This document shows positions 24,301 through 33,300 of a stretch of DNA of 64,000 bases, piece by piece (positions within the stretch are counted from its first letter, which is position 1; each line of letters opens with the position of its first letter). The stretch covers positions 13,144,001-13,208,000 of the forward strand of contig NC_134480.1 in NCBI RefSeq assembly GCF_964194025.1. Reading direction: 5' to 3'. The notes beneath the pieces are model-generated. The model saw nothing but the letters and a program-made list of their open reading frames with translations. It was not told the DNA's origin and made no database searches. This DNA is from Convolutriloba macropyga (taxonomy: Eukaryota). The position numbers were made by a program, and so were the translations under genes.

Positions 24301-27300
24301 CTTTATGGGTTTATCCCGTTTCTATTTCTGACTTCAATTTTATATACTGACTCTGTTCATTTTGAATTGCTTTGCCGAGCAACTGATGTTCAAAATCACT
24401 TTTAGCAGAATGAAAGAAGAGAGAAACTAGCCTAGAGAAGTCAAAAAGATATCACGCAAAATGTTGAAAAAGCGGCAAAATGAGGTAAAGCGAAACATTT
24501 TTTTATTCGACGAAGTAAAAAAAAATAGGAGCGCTATAATAGCCGGCTGAGAAGATGAGGGCGGCTATTGAAAAATGTCAGACAAAAATCGGTCAAGCGA
24601 AAAATCGCATAAAAAAAGACCGACAGAACAAACATACCCGGGAGATTGCCGGAAAATAGCCGCCGTTGATTCCAATAAGCATGATTGGGATTGAACGAAT
24701 AGAAGATATTGAAAAAAAAAAGATTTTTGTACAAAAAAATTTTTTAAGTCCGATTTATTTTGATGGCATTTCGTAGTTGAACATACTTCTGTTTCTTAGA
24801 GAGGCTACGGGGGCTACTATCAACACCAATAAGCATAAGAGATGGTAACTAAGACTTATAGGATCGACGTTCAAATAGCGGGCATCTAAAATTGGGCTTT
24901 ATGGGTTTATCCCGTTTCTATTTCTGACTTGAATTTTTTATACTGACTCTGTTCATTTTGAATTGCTTTGCTGAGCAACTGATGTTCAAATTCACTTTTA
25001 GCAGAATGATAGAAGAGATAAACTAGCCTACAGAAGTCAAAAAGATTTCACGCAAAATGTCGAAAAAGCGGCAAAATGGTAAAGCGAAAAAAAGTTCGAC
25101 GAAGTAAAAAAAAATACGAGCGCAATAATAGCCGGCTGAGATGAGGGCGGCTATTAAACATAATTGCTACAAACTTCGTTTGAGAGCAATTAAACAAAAC
25201 CGACTATCGAGCCAATCATTCTCAGAAGACTGTCGGGTGTTACCTTTGGGAGCAGTTTGCTCAACCTGAGGGACGCTATCCTCAGTGGGGAAGTGGTGAG
25301 AGGATTGAAAAACGAGGTTTTAATCTCTTAAAATCACCCTTCCCACCATGAATTTCTTGATCGCACACTTACAGCTTACTAAGCAGTAAGAGCTGCACAG
25401 CAACCTGATGCCATCAGTATTTTCCAGCTTAGCCCGTTTCTGAGGATGATAGGTGAAATTTATCAGTAGAAAGTTGATCAAGAAATAATTGCATCAAAAA
25501 GTATCATCAGGACCCAAGCAATTGCTTTCAACTTCGTTTGAGAGCAATTAACAAAGCATTAACACTCTCTCATAGTGACTCGTCACGTAATTAACACTGA
25601 CAGCACAAAAAATGACGGTGGCCACCAAGCAAGGCTATAATGATGCTCATACCTAACAGATCGTAAAAGCTCTCCTTGTTGTCATCGAAGTCTGCTGCCT
25701 CTGTGTAGGAGTAGAACTCTGAAACGAAACAAAACTGCTGTTTGAGTAACCGGAGCCCATATTTTGTCCTGTTTCTAACATCAAAAACTTACCAGGTCTA
25801 TCGCACTTTTTCAAATAACTAAGACTATAGAAGATATATTCTGTTCGTTGAGATTTAAAAATTTTATTAGCATGCAATAATCTGAATTGTGAGACAATTG
25901 AAAAATCGGATTCGCCAGTGGTTCCTATGTCACTCGTAACTAAGTTTCTAAATGTCGATTTCAGCTTTAAAAAATTATATAACTGATCTGAACAATCGCT
26001 ATTGCTTGCTTTAATCAACTATCAGGCTAGTAAAATAAGCTTCCACCAAATACGACATTTCACAGGTTTTCGAGTAGATTTTGAGAATATAAATGGCAGA
26101 ACGAGTTAATGAACAAAATCACATATAATCTGGACTAACCAGCTAACTCTGAAGCGAAGTGGTCCGAATCATCATAGATGAAGTCCAGATCCAACACATT
26201 CCCAGCACTGATTTCGCCCTTAAACACACATACAATTTTACCCATTCGTTCAATAGGGAGCATAGCGCACTCGTCACACGTGAAGTCCCAGCGTTCAGTG
26301 GGAGTTAGCTTCATAAAGGAAAAGTCAATATGAGTTGAAAATGCAAAACTGTGAAGGAGGAAACTGAATCCTGTGAAACTGAATCCTGTGAAACTGAATC
26401 CTGTGAAAGTTATCACACAACGTTGAATAAATTAAATAAATTAACAAAACGAGGAATTGAGTAAATGGGAAACAACGTGTTTGTAGTTGAAACACACACA
26501 CGTGTTATTTTCGGCTAAATTGAAGACAAGTTTAAGAAATGCCACGAAATTTCAGCCAACTTAGAACCTGCAAAATGCGTGTTTCAAGTTAGGTTACTTG
26601 ACTTTGGTAAAATTCAAAATTCTGTCTTAAAATCTCAGACCATTACGCGATTCAGAATGGGCGGTAGAAGTTTTGTGATTTTTTATTTTAACCAATACAT
26701 ATAATACAGCTTCATCCGTTTCTACAGGTTCTGGGAAAATTTGATAACAGTTGCCAACTGAAAAATACAAACATTCGTGAAAAATAGCTCTTTTAATGTT
26801 CTATAGCAAATCGTAAGTTAGCCAATAATCGCAAAATGCTTATTTTTCAAAAAAATTAAAGTGCAGTCAAGCACAAAAGGTTGGATTTTATAACTAAAAA
26901 AGCCTTGTGAAATGAAGCGTTATTTTGTCCATGCCACACGCACTCATGAGCATGTACTTTTTCCACTTCAAGAGAAGGAGTTCTCTCTGAGATCACGGGA
27001 CCCGGAGAAGCAGAAACGAAACCAACTCCTGCAGCCGAATTGGTCTGACTTGTGCTTGGAGACGAGGGGGGAGTGGGAGATGTTGTAGTGTCGTCAAAAC
27101 ACTGGTTAGCTATCTGAGCCTTCTTCACTTTGGTCATAATCTGTTTCACTTGGCAGAATGGTATCCTGTCCTATTACACACCAGCTGATATCATGTTAAA
27201 TAGGCTACACGAGAACTCTGCCTATTTTGAAATTGTGTTTTGACAAATTCACGAAAATGATTAGAGCAAAAACAATCATCCTTGGTGGAAAAAATGAAAA

Positions 27301-30300
27301 AAAAAAAACAGCCGATTAACATCTTAGCCATTGCTCTCAAAATTCAGGCGTTTCTTCAATTTTAGTCGGCACACTTTGTTTCATTGGTTTTTATGTCAAA
27401 AGTAGAATAATCATCAAAGTTCAAGATATGCAGTAGTAGTAGTAGTAAAGAACTTAAATTTACCAAGGAAGGGATTTTAAAAATCAAGGACAGTGCAAAA
27501 TTAAAACAAGGACAGTGCGCTTTTTAAAGGTAGGCAAAATAAGATGTTGAGTTTTTTCACTGCCCAAAGATCTTGGATTTGATTTGATCAAAAATAATTA
27601 GCAAAGTCGATACAGTTTCTTCCATTTCTTATTGATACAAAAAATGAGATCCGCTGGATGAGTTGATAGGTTAGGCAAAGCGTTTGCTTGCTTCAACAAG
27701 AAATTATAGTCTTGTTTGCCATAGCACGAACAAAGACCTTTATGATAAAACTTCTCCATTAGTAGAATGTGGGTGACATCAGGGCTCCAAACTTGAGACC
27801 CGTACAAACGAACTGATAGAACGCAAGCTGAGTTAAATTTGACAGAGCTAGGCAGACTATAAGGCACATTGTGCTTCAAGTAATTGAAATTTCGCGCAGC
27901 TTCGGATAATTTAGATCGTATATAAAGATCCCATTTTAAATTGGACAACTTGATACCTAAGTCTGATACTGAGTCAATACAACTCAAATTCTGACCGTCC
28001 AGAAAAAGAACCAATACCGACGCTATAGAATTGAATGATATAAAATTTCTCTTTATTGAACGTTAAGGTGTTTTCTGTACACAAATTGTTGAGTAGATCT
28101 AGATATTTCTAACAGGAAGCAGAGGCATATTTAGCCGCAGTGTTTAGCTTCGTATCGTCTGCAAAACAGTAGCAGTTAGAATTCAGATGTAAAATAAAAA
28201 ACAGACCTATTTACGGAGAAAATCCAGAGAGAAGTCGGTCAATTTTTCTTATACAGCACTAGGCTACATCCCGCGTGAAATCAGGACCGTTCAAGAGCAA
28301 CGTCTCCGCAAGGCTGAAGTAATGCTGTTCAGAGTTCTATCGAACACTCAAAAAAGATGCACGACTAAACAAATGAAAACAAAGGCAACTAAGCAATTTT
28401 TGAAAATACTAATAGCGACTAAAGACAATAAATTAAAACAATCGACCGCGGCTGCATTGCTCGCAAGCTAATGACCAGGGCTGAATTCTATTATAGCTTG
28501 CTTCAGCTGGGGGGAGGAGCAATAGTAGCGGTTCGAAAGAGTGAAAAAATGAACTAATTTTGGCACTTTTTTTATTTGACTGTAAATAGTAAATGTGGGC
28601 AATTCCACTCAATTGCCAAAGGTTGCGAGCGAGAGTCTTGTTTGCCATAGCACGAACAAAGACCTTTATGATAAAACTTCTCCATTAGTAGAATGTGGGT
28701 GACATCAGGGCTCCAAACTTGAGACCCGTACAAACGAACTGATAGAACGCAAGCTGAGTTAAATTTGACAGAGCTAGGCAGACTATAAGGCACATTGTGC
28801 TTCAAGTAATTGAAATTTCGCGCAGCTTCGGATAATTTAGATCGTATATAAAGATCCCATTTTAAATTGGACAACTTGATACCTAAGTCTGATACTGAGT
28901 CAATACAACTCAAATTCTGACCGTCCAGAAAAAGAACCAATACCGACGCTATAGAATTGAATGATATAAAATTTCTCTTTATTGAACGTTAAGGTGTTTT
29001 CTGTACACAAATTGTTGAGTAGATCTAGATATTTCTAACAGGAAGCAGAGGCATATTTAGCCGCAGTGTTTAGCTTCGTATCGTCTGCAAAACAGTAGCA
29101 GTTAGAATTCAGATGTAAAATAAAAAACAGACCTATTTACGGAGAAAATCCAGAGAGAAGTCGGTCAATTTTTCTTATACAGCACTAGGCTACATCCCGC
29201 GTGAAATCAGGACCGTTCAAGAGCAATGTCGCCGCAAGGCTGAAGTAATGCTGTTCAGAGTTCTATCGAACACTCAAAAAAGATGCACGACTAAACAAAT
29301 GAAAACAAAGGCAACTAAGCAATTTTTGAAAATACTAATAGCGACTAAAGACAATAAATTAAAACAATCGACCGCGGCTGCATTGCTCGCAAGCTAATGA
29401 CCAGGGCTGAATTCTATTATAGCTTGCTTCAGCTGGGGGGAGGAGCAATAGTAGCGGTTCGAAAGAGTGAAAAAATGAACTAATTTTGGCACTTTTTTTT
29501 TATTTGACTGTAAATAGTAAATGTGGGCAATTCCACTCAATTGCCAAAGGTTGCGAGCGAGAGAGCAATTTAAATCACAACAAGGCGGCTCAGTAATGTG
29601 CAATGGCACATAAGGTTCCGACCCCGCCCATCCACAATTTTGGCATAATTGTCTACCAAATGAGGAACAGATAGAAAAACCCAAAAATTATTTTTTGCGA
29701 ATCCCAAAAAAGCCCAAGTCTTTTTCAAAAAATTCTGTATGAACGATGAGATAACCTCCAAAACAAATAACTCAGTGGAGTAAAAATTGATGCATTAGAT
29801 TGCTGTAATATATCAATATTAAGAAAGCGAGTCAAAACGAACAGCAAAATGAAACAACAACAACAACAACAAACATTAATTACATCAAAAAATTTATGTC
29901 CCTCTTAAAAACTAAATTTAATAACAAAGTCAACATACCGTCAGATAAACCTGAAACTAAACAAAAATAACTTATAAATCACCAGAAAACATATGCGACC
30001 AGTCCATGAAAAGGTTTGGTAACAATTATACAAAAAAGAACAAAAACAGAAAAGTAAAAAAAATTAACTTATTTTTTTGAAACAATTAACTTCAAAGTAA
30101 TAAATACCATTAGGAATAAATTAATATTACCACAAATTTGCGATTACCACTGCTTCTATAGAAGGGCATTAGGACCTGATCTTATTCATTTTTAGAGCGG
30201 CTAAAAAGAACAACAAAGAACAAACAAAATTTCAATTGAAACTTGCCAGAAAACGCTGTCAAAACCGTCAAGCCAAATTTTGGCACTCAAAATATATTTG

Positions 30301-33300
30301 ATTGCGCCTTCTTCAAACAGCTATAATGTAGTACGTGGCCATTCATTAGTAAGACTAGGTAACAAGTAGAAAAAAATGCGAAGTGCTAAAGTATGTAATA
30401 CTTAATTTTTTTTCGAAACAAAATTACATTCAATGTCATGAAAGGCATTATTACAAAAAGAGCTATTTAAATATCCTCGTTTTTTCATGAAAAGGAAACC
30501 CTCGAGACCTGTAATTATCCAGAATATTTCTTGCATCTACAAAAAGAACGTCAAATTTGACAAAAATCAAATTAATTTAATTTTTTTTTGTGAAAAAGCG
30601 GTGTCGAAGCCAGTAAGGTCATAACAAAATCTTTAAAAAAAAGATTTTGGGACACCAATCCCTTTTATTCCCTTGACACCCATAATGCCATATTTGACCT
30701 GTAATCAACTAACGAGATTAGGTAACAAAAAGAAACATAAAAAGAACAAAATTGCGAAGTTAAAAAAGTTTTTTTTTAATTTTGGAAAACGATGGGTTTG
30801 AAAGTCATAAAAGCCATCATATATCTGCTAATATCAAAAAATCGGTTTTTCTATTCTTCCATGAAAAGTCAATGAAAGCTATCACTATACAGGAAATTTC
30901 ATACGACCGAAACTACAAAGTATAAATGACAGTTAAGACAAAATTAAAAAATTCAATTGATTTCTTCAAGAAAGAGGCGTCGAGGCCATTAAAACGATGA
31001 TTTATATCTTTCAGGATTTTAATATGTTCAATTGTGTTTTAATTTGAATGCTAATAAGGTGACATGAGAACTGTCAATAATGTGATAATGTGACAAAATT
31101 AGAAAACGTGAAAAACTGGCAAATATCAAAACAAACAAAAATCTAAAATCTTGTAGTATCAAAGCCAGAAAACAATAATTTCAGGCTTAAAACTGCAACC
31201 GAGAATGAATGTTAACTGAGTAGAAAGAAGAAGCAGTCTTTTTTTGCTGACACTAAGCTGGAAGTTGAACAAATTAAGAAAAAAATAGAGGAAAAGTTAA
31301 TTAAGCCATTATTTATTGAAAAGTCAATTATTTTCAAAAAAGAAACGACCATAAACTTTCAATTAAAAAACTAAATGCATTAGCCTTGAGCTGTTTAGCA
31401 AGCGAATTGGTTGGACCTATCACTCCTGAGCTTTGATTTGATATGTTCTGTTCTTTATTATTAATAAAAAAGTCTTTTTTTTTTTTAAAAAAAAAGACCG
31501 ACTGATTACAACCCGATTTTTTTTGGATTGTAACAGTCCAAGAATGGCCCAAAACTACCCCTGATAATACTTATTGTCCGTTAAGAACAATTGATTTTTC
31601 TAATGTTGTAGATATAGATAATTTCTGAGTTGAAACTCAAAATAAATTTTGCCTTTTTGATAATCAACGAGTAAAGTTAGCAAAAAACGGCAAAGTTTTA
31701 ACTACAAGGCACTCTCTGCGGACTCTGAAGTAGAAATAGCCCCCCTCTGAGTCTACAAAGATTGTATGAGTGTTGTTTGGGGGTGTACTGTAGGCAAATT
31801 TAATCAAAGTGGACTAAAGTAGCTTATTTCGTGCTGTTGTTGATGAAAAAGGCTAAATTTTGAAATGTTTATCCAGATTTTTTGACCAAAAAATTAAATC
31901 AAAACAATCAAAAATGTTTGTTCGTCTTCAAAAATAAAATCAACGACACTATTCTTAAAAATTATAACAAATTTTAGCAAAATTGACGAAAATTTAGGCA
32001 AAAATTCCGGAAAATGTGAATAAAAACAACGTGAATTCACTCTTCTTTTCTCAGAAGTTTAAGCCTCGATAACTCCCTGTAGAAAACGAAAATTAAAAAA
32101 ATCTTTTTAATTTCATATTTTACGCTGGACGAGCTTTCTAATGATACCAGTCTCAACTCTCTACGGTGAATATATCGAGCGGCGAAAATTGACTGAACAA
32201 AAAAAAAAAAAACCCAGTTGAGTATATAGTTCCTCCCCCCTCAAGAGGGTCGGAACAAAAATCATGAAGTCACGCATGCAAAAAGTAACTACAAAACTCA
32301 AAACAGTGGAGCAAAAAATTTGTATGACAAACGACTGCAATAATTGTTTCAGCTTCGTTCGGCAGCAATTAAGAATTGATGAAATTGCCACGTAATGTTC
32401 AAGTCACTTTCGAACGTGAGTATGCAATCTCAGGACATAAAAATGACTAAAAAGCTACAAATTATTCTCTTTAATTTGTAGCAAAATTCTCTTGGCAAGG
32501 AAACGCCGTTCTTTTGCTCAGAAGTTGCTTGAGAAGATTATCAAGCAATTGCCTATCTTTTCTTCACTTCTTCGAAAACAGAAATCGACTGAAAAATTTA
32601 CATGGCAAACTCCCAATGTTTTTAGAAATACAATCGAATCAAGTCAGAAGAACTTGTAATTAAAGGCGGGGGTTTATTTCTTCTGAAGTGGGTTTCACCC
32701 TAAAAATTTACTCGAATAGTCACACCTCTCAAGCAGGCATTTTCATAACAACGCGTCTTAAGACTTATATAACAACTTCAAACATTGTTCGAAACCAATT
32801 ATAAAGCCCAATAATCAGACGACAGGGGGAATCGTCTATAAAAATGAGTGCAGTAAATTTTTTATTACTCGACGAAATAGTATAATGGCATCTTCCGCTA
32901 ATTTTTACAGCAGATGTGTCAAAATTCTTAAAATTCGAAAAGACAGTATAAACGTAAGCCAAGCACAACTCAAATGTCATGAATGAAGAACTATAAAACT
33001 GACCATCCCATAAACCTTCCGACAAATCCAAAATATCGACAACTTAAAGACTGATCAAATAATTGCCAAAATATTGATTTCAGAGTAATCGAATCAAAGA
33101 TCTAATAGTGACATGTACCAGTGAGTCATCGGCCAGCTGCTGGTGTTGCAGAGGCTGTTTTTCACTCAGCAGGTGCTTGAATGGACTGCTCGACAGTGGC
33201 ACTTTACTCTCCATTCCTTTACTATCCAAATCTAGAGAAGAATCTTCTTCGCTCTTTCTTTCACTCTAAATAAGATTACTCCGTTTAAAAACAACAAACC

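Noticed and set aside
23437-25157. 598-bp repeat as an SL RNA or snRNA gene array (contains ATG/GTAAC)
   Set aside because: No recognisable Sm site and stem-loop arrangement; similarity limited to a few bases.
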